From the NCBI GenBank assembly GCA_951406725.2, contig OX597815.1, positions 137,950,001 through 138,014,000 of the forward strand: DNA of 64,000 bases, given 5' to 3'. Under the pieces are notes generated by a model. It ran no database searches. It saw nothing but the letters and a program-made list of their open reading frames with translations, and had not been told where the DNA came from. The stretch comes from Octopus vulgaris (Eukaryota). The translations under genes and the position numbers were made by a program. Below, one piece after another: positions 26,008 through 39,333 of the stretch; positions within the stretch are counted from its first letter, which is position 1, and every line of letters starts with the position of its first letter.

Positions 26008-26604
26008 TTAATCTTATAGTTTCACTTAAAAATTGATTTAGTGGATACCTAACATGCAAATTTAATCATTCATATTTACAAAGATAATACAAAACAAAGA
26101 AATATTTATTTATCCATAGGTAGTGGATAACAATGAGTGTCATATGAAGAAGGTAACTTCATGTTAGTTAAGACTACAAGATAGTTTTGGTTCCAGGTCA
26201 TAACTATTTCACTCACATCACTAATTATTATCCTCCTTGTCATCATTTTCCATGCTAGCATGTGTTGGACAGGTTGTTGCCACTCTTTTACATGAACTGG
26301 AATACTATATCTCACTTTTTGTGTTGTATTGTATTAGGAAGACTGGATGCCTTCCTAATACTAACCACATTAAAGGATGGCGAGGATACATTTTTTTGTG
26401 TGGCACCAACACTAAGGAGGTTGTAATATCTTTGACAAGACAAAGGAACCCTCTCAATCCCACACTTAACAGAATGCACTGAGTGCATTTTATAACAGTA
26501 CTAGCACTAGAGAAGATAGATGTAAGAGCATGATGTATAAACAAGAGATGGATAAATATTGAATTGAATGATGGATGTCAATACCAAACGGTCCGTAGCA
26601 AATA

Positions 26605-27859
26605 CGAGGGGCGTTCAATAAGTAATGCCTCTGACCCACTTGCCTTTGTTTGATCTAGCTGAAATTTTGCATGTGCAATTATTGATATCTCTATAGATTA
26701 AATGGCAAATTACAGCTCCGAACTAATTGTGGTTTCTGATTTACAGGTGTTTGAAATGAGTCAAGTGGGAAATGGAGCATGTTGAGTGTCGAGCAGTGAT
26801 CCGGTTTTTGTATTTGAAATGACGCACACCACAGGAGACTTTTGATGAAATGAAAGTAACTTATGGTGATGATGCCCCGTCATATGACCTTGTAAAACGC
26901 TGGCATCGTGAATTCAAACATGGTCGGAACTCTGTGGAAACAGCTCCCAGATCTGGTCGCACCCCTTCTGCCATTGATGAGGCATCTGTTCGTCAAGTTG
27001 AGGCTGCCATTTTGGAAGATCGACGCATAACTATTCGCCAAATAGCCCATGAGGTCAAGATTAGTACCGGGTCTGTGGAAACTATCATTCATGACCATTT
27101 GCATATGCAGATGGATTTCCAGGCTGCTCACACTTTTCCAGAAGCAAGAATTTAGGGATGTGCCAAGAAGATGAGTCAAAATTTTTCAAAAGACTGATTA
27201 CACAGGATGAGACCTGGGTCCATCACTATGATCCAGAGACCAAAGCCCAGTCAATGCAGTGGAAGCACCATGACTCACCTCCTCCAAAGAAGGCAAGGGT
27301 GCAGCCCTCCGCTGGCAAGGTCATGCTCACAGTCTTCTGGGACCAGGACGGAGTAGTGATGACAGATTTCCTGGCAAAGGGTACCACAATTACAGGAGCC
27401 TATCATGTTTCACTTTTGAGGAAATTAAGAGAAGCTATCGAAACCAAGAGGCGGGGCAAGATCAGCAAAGGCATCCTCCTCCTGCACGACAACGCTCCGG
27501 TCCACAACTCACGTGTCGTCAGATCAGAAGCACAGGCGTGCGGCTATGAACTCTTCCCCCATCCCCCTACTCTCCTGACCTTGCACCCTCTGATTTTCAC
27601 CTCTTCCCAGCCATGAAGTTATTTTTGAAAGGAAAGTGTTTCCCAGATGATGCAGCCTTGATTTCTGAAGTCACGTCGTGGTTGGAGGACCAAGCTGGGG
27701 TCTTCTACGAAAACGGTCTCCAGAGCTGCATCAAACGATGGGAGAAATGCGTACCTCTGGGTTGTTCCTATGTAGAAAAAGACTAATACCTGTGCCAAGT
27801 TTCGTTGCTCTACTGCTATGAGAAGTGGGTCAGGGGCATTACTTATTGAACACCTCTCG
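26605..27859 (+). mobile_element. Full-length defective mariner (DD34D) transposon
   Basis: TA TSDs; about 37-bp TIRs CGAGGGGCGTTCAATAAGTAATGCCTCTGACCCACTT. Transposase 26772-27786 has TQDETWVHHYD, LLHDNAPVH and HPPYSPDLAPSD (34 residues between D2 and D3). TGA at 26820 plus frameshifts. Confidence 0.96.
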
Positions 27860-29289
27860 TACAATAGGTAAAATGAGGTCTTTTAAGTACATATCTCAAG
27901 ATGAGAAAGGGAGAAAGATAGAGTGTCAAATATGTGCAGTGGCATCTCTAGTTACAATGGAAGTAATGAACAGTAAGCAGACGAGATTCACAGTCATCTT
28001 TAGTCACACTAGCATCATAGTACAGTGAGAGTGAAAAGAGGAGAAAGTGATTGAGAGATGAGCATTAAAAATATGGATTATAACAGCATGAGTGACAGAC
28101 AGGTGAGTGATAAAGGGATGGGAAATGAGGGATACCCCAAAGATGACTGAGTGGTAGTATTAATGGTACGAGAAGCTATCAATGATGTAGATTTGACTGT
28201 AATATATAAATATTGGATTGGACTGCCTATATTCAGTCCACTGCAGGATGAAAACCTCAGCATATTCTCTCCACTAACCATGGTCTGATGCGGAGGTTGT
28301 GAATTTGAGCTTGAGATCATACAGTCTACCCCAATGCTCAATTGGTACTTGTATCATCATCATTGTTTAACATCTGCTTTCCATGCTGGCATGGGTTGGA
28401 TGGTCTGACAGGAACTGGCCCGGCATGAACCTGCGTCAGACTTCTGTGTCTGTTTTGATAGACTTTTACAGCTGGATGCTCTTCCTCACACCAACCACCT
28501 AGCAAATTAGACAGAGTGCTTTTTACGTGGGACAAGCACAGGCCAGGTCAGTTTTTGCATGGTTTCTACAGCTGGATGCCCTTCCAAAACACCAACAACT
28601 TTTCAATGTAGACTGGATACTTTTTGTGTGGCTTCAATACTGGCAGGGTCACTAAGTAATTAGCAAGACAAAGATCCTTTGAGAGAAGAGGGGGCATTAG
28701 AGGAGGTGATCTTGTGTCAGATGATGAAGAGGCAGAAACAAGTATCTTGCTGTGGAGGAGATGCATGGTAATTCAGCCAGAAAGAGAGTGATCAAGAATG
28801 AGAACAGAAATAAGTGTGTTACTGTAAAGGAAATACATGGCTATCCAGCCTGAGAGAAGAGAAAGAGAGAGAGAGTGGGAGACAGCAAGAGCACAAGAGA
28901 GAGATGGTGGGGAAGTACTGGGGCATACTCACAAGAAACAGAGATCAGAATATAAATGGGATGGTAGAGTAAAGGAAGAGAGATAGGTAGTGGCAAGTGC
29001 TAGGACAATTGCTCAAGGTCCTGAGGTCATAAAATAAGTGGCAGGATATTGCCAAAGACGCATGAGAGCTGAGGGTAGTGCAGTGACAGGTGAAAACCTG
29101 GATCTATAGATGGGGTGGAGGACTACAGGATAGCAATGATACAGTGAGCAGTGAGGACAAGATTGGGGAGTGAGAGATAAGCCTAGTGCATGAAGAAGAA
29201 ATGTGAGAAAGAGAAGAGATGTAGTTTGGTTTGTTAGGGTAGGGGTGTGGAAAGTTTTATTGTTAAGTGTGGGTGGAACATACAGCACT

Positions 29290-31750
29290 TCTAGAACTCA
29301 GTTTTGCTGACGTGGGCAGGTCTTCTCGAGAACCTCATATCACCAGACCCCCAGTTCATTGTCATTTCCTCTGTGAGACCCAACAAACTGAGATTGGTCA
29401 TCACCACTTCATCCCATATCTTCCTGGGTCCCCCTCTTCCACAGGCACCATCTACTTTCAGTGATTGGCACTTCTTTATACTGTTGTCTTCATTTATATG
29501 CATCACATGTCCAAACCAATATAGTCTTTTCTCTTGCATGCTACATTTGATTCCTCTTACGCCCAACTTTTCTCTCAACACATTTGCACTTTGTTGTACA
29601 TGCACACTGATATTGCACATCAAACAGAACAGACTGTCTTCATTTTACTCTAGTTTATGCATACTGCCTTCTATTTTCTCTAGTCTGCATTTCAGAGCCC
29701 ATGTCTCATTGCCATGGAGTGTAGCCATTCATACACAAGCATTGTATAATCTAACTTTCACTCAAAGAGAGAATTCTCTTGTTGCCAACAGAGATAATAG
29801 CTTTCTGAACTTCCTCCACCCTTTTCTTATTCTGGAAACAATACCTTCAGAGCATCCTCCATCCTTCCTAATTTGGTTGCCTATATAACAGAAATTATCT
29901 ACAACTTCAAAAGAGCTCCCTGGGCATTTGAGAGAGTCTAAGTCCTGTGTGCCCTCAGTGCTTATTGTTCCTGAGATTCTACTGCACCTCATATATCCAT
30001 AGCTTACACTAGGTACAGTGAATGGAATTACTTCCAACTCCTTTCCTACATATTGAGCAGGGTCATTTACCTGATTGAAAGAGAGTCTTATCTGCTTTCA
30101 TGCTAATAACAATTTTGGTCTTTGCTAGGTTAACTTTAAGGTCCTTTGATTCTAGATTTTGCTTCCACACCTGGAATTTTTTCTCCAGTTCTGTAATAAG
30201 AGCAAGGTCATCAGCATATAGTAGTTCCCATGGCCATCCAGCTTTGAATTCCTCTGTTACAGCTTGGAGGACCATGTTGAATAAGAGTGGGCTGAGAATT
30301 GAACCTCAGTAAACTCTTACTTGTATGCTAAATTCACCACTGTATTCGTAGCCAACTCTTACCTCACTGACAGAACCACTGTACATGGCTTGTCCAGCTC
30401 TAACAATCCAGTGAGCAGAGGACTCTGTTGAAAGTTTTCACCAGGTTGATGAAAGCTAGATATAATGGCTTACTTTTGGCCAAATACTTTTCTTGCAGCT
30501 GTCTGACAGCATATGAGGTACTCTTCCCAGGTACAAAAAGCAAATTGCATCTCATCTCGTTTAATTTTATTCCTAATCAATTGAGCTATAACTCTGTGAT
30601 TTTTCTGACCTGGTCCAGTAGTTTGATACCACCATAGTTGTTTCTATCTAAGGCATCACCATTACCCTTGTAGCAGCTAACTATAATACTACTACACCAG
30701 TCTTTGGGAATGGCACCTTCCTGAATAACCTAATTAACTATACAGATGACTAGGCTGTATCCTACACCACCAGATATTTTAATCATCTTGGCAGTGATTC
30801 CTGATGACCCAGGGGCTTTTCCTGTCTTCATATCCTTGATTGTCTTATCTATTAATTTACTATCAACTCTGATGGCTGGTCCCTCAATTGGTTCAATATT
30901 TGAAAGACTCTCCTCCTCCCATGCATTTTCCATATTTAGCAACCTTCCATAGTGACATTTCCATGCCTTTCTTCTCAGAGTCACTGAGTGCAATCATACC
31001 ATTATCCATTCACATGCATTTCTCACACACCACATCTCTATTCTCTCTGATACACTGCTTTGCAATCCTGAACACCTTACACCTCTGATCCTCCACTGTA
31101 GAACATTCGCAAATATCTTACTGTTTGCTATTCCCTCCTTTTGCTATGTAAACCTGATACTTAGCTGCTTTCTAGTTACCTGATATAATTCTCTGCTACC
31201 ACTGTTTTCCCAGTCATTCCAGGCTTGTCTCTTTGCTTTTAAAGCACTATCTACTGCCTTGTTCTGCCACCATGTCACTCTCGACCTAGCTGGGACTTTG
31301 CACCAGCCACAGATTTGGTCTGCAGCTCTCAGTAGATTTTCCTGCAGGAACTTCCAATTGTCCTCTAAGCTATAAGTCCCCAACTCTTCCTCTCTTTTAT
31401 CAGAAGCTTCCATAATCTTCTTTTCCAGAATGAGTATATTTCTCTGAGTCTTTCTAACTTTAATTCTGAAGTCACTAACTAGTAATCTATGTTGGGTTAT
31501 ACACTTCCTGTGAAATTTCCATGCCTCTTTCCCCACGGAAATACTTTGCATTTGCAACCATCTATCTCATTAGCTGGTGAGAAGGTAATCAATCTGGCTT
31601 ATGTGTCCCCCATATTGATAAGTGATCATGTGGCTGGTTGGTTTTCTGAAGTTAGTGTTGTAGATCATGAGATCATTTCAGTCATGTTCCCTCCTCATTC
31701 CTAAGGCCAAAGTCAGCACTCCATGGAATCCATGGGGATGCTGTCCAACA
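29290..31750 (-). mobile_element. RTE LINE remnant (end of endonuclease, linker, RT)
   Basis: CITQHRLLVSDF, IKDMKTGKAPGSSGITA, WELLYADDLALI, VVDNFCYIG, LYWFGHVMH and GRGGPRKIWDEVV in the minus frames. Confidence 0.93.
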
Positions 31751-31894
31751 TGTATGTACATATTTGATTAATGAGAAACCCATCTAGCATCAATCCCTCA
31801 TGAGTGGGATACTGAACATCTGGTTTAGGTGTATCTGTGTCTCCTCAGGTGATTTCAAGAGGTATCTTGTTAAAATAAACTTGCTCTAAATGCT

Positions 31895-33560
31895 GAGTCA
31901 CTATCAGAACTCGAGAAGTTTCAGGTGTGGAAACAAGGATTAGAATCAAAGGGCCTTAGAGTCAACCTAGCTAAAACCAAAGTCCTAATAAGTAGGAAGG
32001 CAGGCATACCACAAATCCCTTCAGGTAGATGGCCCTGCTCGATCTGTAGAAAGGGCGCAGGTAGAAACTCTATAAGATGTACCTAGGGGCTAAACATAGA
32101 GGGGACAAACAAATGAATTAATTCGATTACATCGACCCCAGTGCGAAACTGGTACTTTATTTATCGACCCCGAAAGGATGAAAGGCAAAGTCGACCTCGG
32201 CGGAATTTTAACTCAGAACCTAACAACAGACGAAATACCGCTAAGCATTTCGCCTGGCACGCTAACGTGTCTGCCAGCTCGCCGCCTTTAAGATGTACCT
32301 AGTGTAAGCTATGGACACATAGAGGTGCAGTAATATCAAAGGAAGGCTAACTGGGAAGATAGTTTTTGTCTGTGGCAAATGTTCAGGGGAAATACACACT
32401 GAAAATGTGCATAAAACAGCTTCCGCCACATTCCAGGGAGAAAAACTAGTAGTTGATAGCTTCCGTTACCCAGGTGACCAAGTCAGTAGCGGGGGAAAGT
32501 GTGATGAAAGTGTAGCTGCTAGAATAAGAATAGCCTGGGCAAAGTTCAGAGAGCTCTTATCTCTGCTGGTGACAAAGGCCTCTCGCTCAGAGTAAAAGGT
32601 AGACTGTATGATGCATGTGTACGAAGAGTCATGCTACATGGCAGTGAATAATGGGCTGTGACTTGAGGACATGCGTAAGCTTGCAAGGAATGAAGCCAGT
32701 ATGATCCGATGGATGTGTAATGTCAGTGTGCATACTCAACAGAATGTAAGTACCTTGAGAGAAAAAGTGTGACCGAAGAAGCATCAGATGTGGTGTGCAA
32801 TAGAGACGACTGCGCTGGTATGGTCATGTGGCGAGAATGGATGAGGATAGCTGTGTGAAAAAGTGCCACATCCTAGTGGTTGAGGGAATCTGTGGAAGAG
32901 GTAGACCCAGGAAGACCTGGGATGAGGTGGTGAAGCACACCCTTCGAACATTAGGCCTCACCGAGGCAATGACTAGTGACCGAGACCTTTGGAAATATGC
33001 TGTGCTTTAGAAGACCCACCAAGCCAAATGAGACCATAACCTCGTGGCCTATGCCTGGGGTGTAATCAGCCCACTTATGCATACCTTTCCTTCATTAGAC
33101 ACTAAACTCTGCTTGCGAAGACCTGTTGAGGCAAGTGAAATCGAAATCAAATTTGATGACTGGCATCCATGCTAGTGGAGTGCTAAGAGCACCATCTGAG
33201 CATGATCGTTGCCAGAGCGGCTAACTGGCTTTCATGCCAGTGGCATGTAAAAAGCAGCATTCAAGTGTGATCGTTACCAGTGTCGCCTTACTGGCATATG
33301 AAAAAACATTTGAGTGAGGGTATTGCCAGTGCTGCTAGACTGGCTCCTGAGCAGGTGGCACATAAAAAACACCATTTGAGCATGGCCGTTGCCAGTACCG
33401 CCTGACTGGCCCTAAACTATCGGAGTGGTTGGCTTTAGGAAGGGCATCCAGATGTAGTAAATCTCTGCTAGATCAAGATTGGAGCCTGGTGTAGCCAGTC
33501 CTCAGTCAAATCGTCCAACCCATGCTAGCATGGAGTGTGGACATTAAAGGATGATGATAC
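31895..33560 (+). mobile_element. 5'-truncated RTE LINE with tandem-repeat 3' UTR
   Basis: KLVVDSFRYPGDQVSSGG..ARIRIAWAKFREL and GRGRPRKTWDEVV. Ends CCCATGCTAGCATGG...GATGATGAT. Confidence 0.93.
32087..32288 (-). mobile_element. SINE nested in RTE
   Basis: Same family as 24757-24987. 14-bp TSD TAAGATGTACCTAG at 32073-32086 and 32289-32302. Confidence 0.92.
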
Positions 33561-33586
33561 ATACACAGAGAAACATGCATATGTGT

Positions 33587-33617
<31 letters not shown>

Positions 33618-35282
33618 GGCACACACATACACTATTTTAACATTCATTTTGCTATGTCTGAGCAGGCCTTCTCTTCACACCCAGTGTATTAACACTCAAT
33701 GAAGTCCTTTGGCATCTTCTCAACTTCAGCACTACATTTATCTTCTTTCACAGGTACCATTCACCTTGAGTACATGGGACTTCTTTCTTTATGCAATTGT
33801 TCTCATTTATGTCTTTGTTAATGGTAAAAATGAGGAACAACTTCCATTTCTTTACTCCTCTCCAAAAAAATAGGGCTGATCACATGTTGAATGCCTCTAA
33901 TAACAGAAGTGCATGTAATCAACTATTATACCAGAGCATAGGCAGAAGTTATTTTATTTTCTAATAAATCTTGGAGTTATCTGTTCAAAAGAACATAGTA
34001 AAATTACTCAGAATCAAATTCACAAAGTATTAATACTGGCTGTCTTACATGTTTTATTAAAACAATGAGTCCAACAAAAGGTATTTTGTTTCATTCAAGA
34101 ATAAGTCAGTGATAGGTATACTAGGATTAAGTGGTAAATGTGTTCGCATTTATAAAAATATTAACACATTTCTGTGTTTAGATTTATAATTTATATACTT
34201 ATAGATAATAGTGAAATGTTTTAAGTGTGAAAGTAACTGAGTCTGCAACCAGCTACAGCAAATGTGATAAGGTTTACAGCAGTCAATCCATAACTAAAGG
34301 TGTTTTTGACAGTTAACCATTTCTCTACAGAAGAGCAGTTTCATATACCATTAGTTTACACTGTTCAATATGGTAGAACAGATCAAAAAGAGGAAAGTAA
34401 ATTAGAAAATTCCTGACAAGGCCCTAAAATAGCTCAGTCACCTTGGAATTATCTTAAAAGCTTACTCAATTATTTCTTCGTTACATCATCATCATCATTG
34501 TTTAACGTCCGCTTTCCATGCTAGCATGGGTAATGGTGTTTTTGTTGCCTCCTGCAGCCAGAGCTATTCCTTTTACAAGATTGGCACCAACAACTTCACC
34601 ATCTCTTACTAGACTTGTCCATCTTTTCTGAACAGTCTTCTAAAAGATTCTGTTGTGAGCACTAGTGCACATCACAAGAAAACAAAACTCAACATTCCTA
34701 CTACACATGAACAATTCCAGACCCTCATATTACTAACAAACATTAGACTGTTATTTGCATGCATCATCAGCCTTTGTGATACAGTTTTGGCATTCTATTC
34801 AAGCCCTTTCAATCCTTTATAAACCTAAATATGCTTGGAATATAGAGTGTATGACTGAAACTGAGGAAGTTAATACAGTGTAGTTCCTTGCAAGAAGCCC
34901 TGGGTGAGAAAATTCCAACCTTAAATAGTTTTAGGAATATTTGTTGCTGGTTGGGGAAGGAAAATTGTATTTAATATTCTCACTGATTAGAATTGTATGG
35001 GTAAGCTCTTGCAGAGATGTGACTTGCTTATGAATAGCCGGTTGTGAAAATTTCACTTCAGTTATTTGGCTTAATGCTCTTGAGAAAGACAAGAATATCA
35101 TTAATTATAGTTTTCCTTTCTATAACATTGAAATATTTTACCTAGGAAACCAATTAAATATTCCCCACCATTAATATTAAAACATTAATTCAGTGAATAA
35201 ATTCTTAAATTTTCAATCAGTTAAGGACGTCAATGTATTCTTGTATAAGAAATAATTATCTGATTCAAAATTTTAAAAATAT

Positions 35283-35624
35283 TTTATTTATTTTCCATGA
35301 GTTTTATATTAACATTTATCAATACTGCCTCATACCATCAATATCTCATGCAATTTTACTAACCCTTTATCAAGAAAAGACATCTAAAATTATGAGGATG
35401 ATTGTGCCGCTTAGAAAACCTTCAGAAGAAAAGATAACTGCTTAATGTTTCCCCAAGAACTAGTGGAAGTTCAGTTAAGCTTAAAATTTTATGTCATTCA
35501 AGAAATATTTCAGCTATTCACATCTTTTATATTTTTATCTAACACTAACTGGTATATCCTTTATCTTAGTTGCTGTTATTCATTAAAGACCCCATCAATC
35601 ATTACAATTTATTACAGATTTATT
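35283..35624 (-). terminator. Candidate GHITM polyadenylation signals
   Basis: AATAAA on the minus strand at 35619-35624, 35608-35613 and 35283-35292, 0.5-0.8 kb past the stop. The AT-rich background makes these weak. Confidence 0.3.
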
Positions 35625-36099
35625 CCATCAATTCTTGACTTGTAATATGTGATCTCAAATACAAAACAAAGCCAAAGATTTAAATAATTTTTAAAAAAGG
35701 TTATAGAGAAAAATATCCAAATAACAAAGCAATCAGAATAAAATATTTATCACTTTCTGTACAATAATTTCATATTTCATTCCTAGAGTTTTTATAATAA
35801 TTCCCTCACTAGAATGTCCATTCACTATAGAAAGATTTGTAGAAGGGATGTTAAAATAATTTTCATAAAGGATTACATGTAATTAAAATGAAAAGAATTA
35901 AGTAGGAAGAAGAAAAATGAAAATATCTAATTTTGTCAACAATATTAGAAGCCCACTTTTTAAGTATTCATTATGTCTTTTTTTTTTTTGTATATATTTA
36001 CACCATCACAAATTTGTTAAGTAATGGTGTTACTGAAGTTGGAGTTCTGTAATGACACAAGTTGTAATAGGACAATACACATCATGGCTGGATATTTTC

Positions 36100-36184
36100 T
36101 TAGCGTCTTCGGTTACTACCGCCAGATAAAATTGTGACAATCCGAATAAAAATGTTTATTGTGTCCATATAAATACCAATAGAA
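36100..36184 (-). CDS. GHITM: GHITM last coding exon
   Basis: ttttttcag| then SSIGIYMDTINIFIRIVTILSGGSNRRR-TAA (stop 36100-36102), with the second TMBIM aspartate (YMDT). Exon sum 211+112+142+199+99+172+85 = 1020 nt = 339 aa + stop. Confidence 0.95.
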
Positions 36185-38623
36185 CTGAAAAAGAAAAGAA
36201 AAAAATTAGCAACAGGTCATTAAAAATATTCAGAATAATTACATTTTTCTTTTTTCAGAATAATGGATAAAGAGAGGCCTTTACCAAACAACAACCTAAA
36301 GGAAGCTTTATAATAAGGAAAATGGTCACTTGTTAGCTGTAAATACAACATACTAGTGAACAAGTACCATGTTTCCCTTGCGCATTTTATTTTGACATAC
36401 GTTTCTCTGGTTAGATGCTCTTTTTATCACCAAGCACTTTATGGATTGTATCAGGAGCATTTTACTGTGGACCAACACTAGTGAGATTGTCATGACCTTG
36501 ACAAGACAGGATGAAGGGACTTCACTCAATCCTATATTGTCTTTGTCCAGAGTGTACTGGAGACATTTTACACACAGTAATCAATACAGTACATAGAGCA
36601 GAGGGTAACTGCAGAAGATGAACTAAGGTCTGGTAGAGAGAAAGAGAGAAAAGTGAAAACAGGTCACTTGTTAGCTATAAACAGAAAGGAGAAATAGGTG
36701 AAGCAGGACTTAGCTTGATAAAGAGGGCAACGAGAGTGACCTGGGGGAGAGAGAGTGATGGCTAAAGAACAGAAGAGAAAAGAAAGACATTTCAATAAAG
36801 GAGTGACCTGAGAGACGGAGGGTAATGACAAGTAGCACATGTTTCATGGTAAGAGAGAGGGCTGTATCAAATTACATTAGATCCAATGCAACCTGTGTTA
36901 CACAGGTATCATAATAGAAGAGAGTTATCAAAGCAGCTACTACATGTCTGCTGGAGGAAGAGAGAGAGAGCATACGATGGATGCCAATAAAAAATGATTA
37001 AGGGAAGAGAGATGGGGGTTAGCATCATAGAAGGGCAAAAGATAATTGGTGATAAATATCAGTAAAGAAGGGATTTGAGGAGAGAGTGTTGACAAGCAGA
37101 ACATAAGGGTAGGAATGAAAGTGTATGATTACGAAAAGATCCATTGCAATCCTTTGTGATTTGGAAGGAGAGAGGAGTAGTGAGATACTGGCAGAAGGAA
37201 AGAATTGAAAATGGACAGATTTAATGTTTCTTTTCATCTCACAGCAGTTATGGTGCAATGAATAAGAGAAAAAAGATGACAGAAAAATAAGAGAGTGTCA
37301 AATAAGCAAGAGGGGCAGCCATTGAAGACTTAGCAATTGCTTATAGGTGAAGTTCCACTGAAGTCCTTTGTAACTCAAGCATCATGATTCAGGAGAGAAG
37401 AGTAAGATAAAAGCCCCAAATGTAGAACTGCATTACTGATAATGTTTATAGGCCCAGTGTCCATAGACATTATTAATGAAGAAAAGATGTGAATGACTCA
37501 AACCTGAGCAAGCTTGACTAGATTATTTATACATGTGTCAACAATATCAAGCTATTCTATAATGAAGAATAAATGCGTTAGACTTATAGCAGCTGGAGAC
37601 ATTTAAACTATGTGTGATCAGAAATAAATGAATAAAAGCACAATTTGAAAATGTGAAAAATAATCTATAAACAAATTGGAGGTAAAATTCAGAAAAGTTC
37701 CCACACAGAAAAACTGTGTTTGGATAAGAAATGTCTATTTCTTGAGAAATGAATAAAAGACACTTTTTTTCTGTAATTAAGCATTTTACATTTTAATGAT
37801 AAAAATATTGATACTGATATCTTGTGGAGGGAACCTGTGGAAGGGGTAGATCCAGGAAAATGTGGGATGAAGTGGTAAGACTTCAGATGTTGAACCCCAC
37901 TGAGATGACAAGGGACTGAGACTGCAGGTGATTTGCTGTGTTTGAGAAGACATCAAGCTAAGTAAAATCATGGCCATTCATACATACAGGTATGTCTTTT
38001 ATGGCCACATAATTCTGTCCTCTCCTAAACTCACCCCCACCACCTATTGTTCCTTATGTGCCTATCTGCACACCCTCCATGCACTCACATACCTATGATA
38101 TCCTACTCCAATTCCTCTCACCATCACTTGATGTCTCTACAGCCACTCCAGTTCCTCTCATCATTACTTGCTATCTCTAAACATCTCCCTTCACACATTC
38201 ATGGAACATACCCCTCTATCTCCTCTGTATTATTTATACTACCCCCACTGTTCCCCAATGGGCAGGCCCTCTCTCTCACCCTGACTGTCTTTCTGTCTTT
38301 CTTTCTTTCAAACTTTCTCACCTTCCTCTCCTTTCTCCACTCCCTCTCTCAGCTGAGAGAGGGAGTGGAACTGAGAATGTCATATAAAAAGCACCCAGAA
38401 CACTCTGTAAAGCGGTTGGCATTAAGAAGGGCACCTAGCCTTAGAAACCATGCCGAAAAAGACAATTGAGCCTATCGCAGATCTCTGGCTTGCCAGATCC
38501 CGTCCAATCATCCAACCCATGCAAGCATGGAAAATGGACATTAAATGATGATGAAAATACCTCTCTGAAATAGTCTATTAAAGCAAAAATCTAAAATTAA
38601 TACAGATCTTTAAAAATACCAAC

Positions 38624-38795
38624 CTGTCAATGGGGTCAAATGGTCGCATAGCATACACCGGGTGTGTTTCTGCTTTTTTAATAATTTTTTGAGTATCATA
38701 CAATAAGAACATTGAAAAGAGAACCAAACCACCATAGATGCTTATAGAGTAAAGACCAGCACCAAGAGCTGTGGTAGGAGGTAGGAACATGCCAC
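38624..38795 (-). CDS. GHITM: GHITM coding exon 6
   Basis: ttttcag|...AG|gttggt. GGMFLPPTTALGAGLYSISIYGGLVLFSMFLLYDTQKIIKKAETHPVYAMRPFDPID includes the LYDTQ aspartate of the TMBIM di-aspartyl motif. 172 nt. Confidence 0.96.
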
Positions 38796-38904
38796 CTGAA
38801 AATAAAGAAAAAAACAAATTAATATTTCAAAGTTCTATATTCCTAATTTGAATAAGACTTATAACCACTTCCCCCAACAATTTTATATAATCATATATAT
38901 ATTA

Positions 38905-39232
38905 GGTAGTTCTGAATTCTAGCACTCTGTTGATTACAATGAAGAGGGTTCCAGTTGATCCAATCGATGTTACAGCCTGTACATGAAATTAACATGTAAG
39001 TGGCTGAGTACAACACAGACACATATACTCTCAATGTAGTTCACAAGGAGATTCACTGTGACACAGCTGGCACCTTTGAAATACAGGTACAATTCATTTT
39101 CACCCAGCTGAGTGAACTGGAGCAATGTGAAATAAAGTGTCTCACTGAAGGACACAACATGCCATCGAGAATTGAACTCATGACCTTATGACTGTGAGCC
39201 AAATACCCTAACCACCAAGCCATGCGCCTTCA
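38905..39232 (-). mobile_element. tRNA-derived SINE (CORE-like)
   Basis: GGCGCATGGCTTGGTGGTTAG, GAGTTCAATTCTC and CACATTGCTCCAGTTCACTCAGCTG. Shares head and core with 53905-54240 and 56720-57045 but has a different tail. Confidence 0.75.
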
Positions 39233-39333
39233 CTTGGTCGCTAATAAATGTCACTGTAGAAAATACAGACCTCCTATTTTATACTATTTTATCCATCATA
39301 TAAACCTATTAGATATTTGTAAAAGCAAGTGCT

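Noticed and set aside
29304-29888. 194-aa plus-strand ORF
   Set aside because: Antisense shadow of the RTE RT on the minus strand.
36580-37320. Purine-rich tract (also 28700-29280) as a possible coding or regulatory element
   Set aside because: Low-complexity GA-rich decayed repeat sequence with no ORF or motif support.
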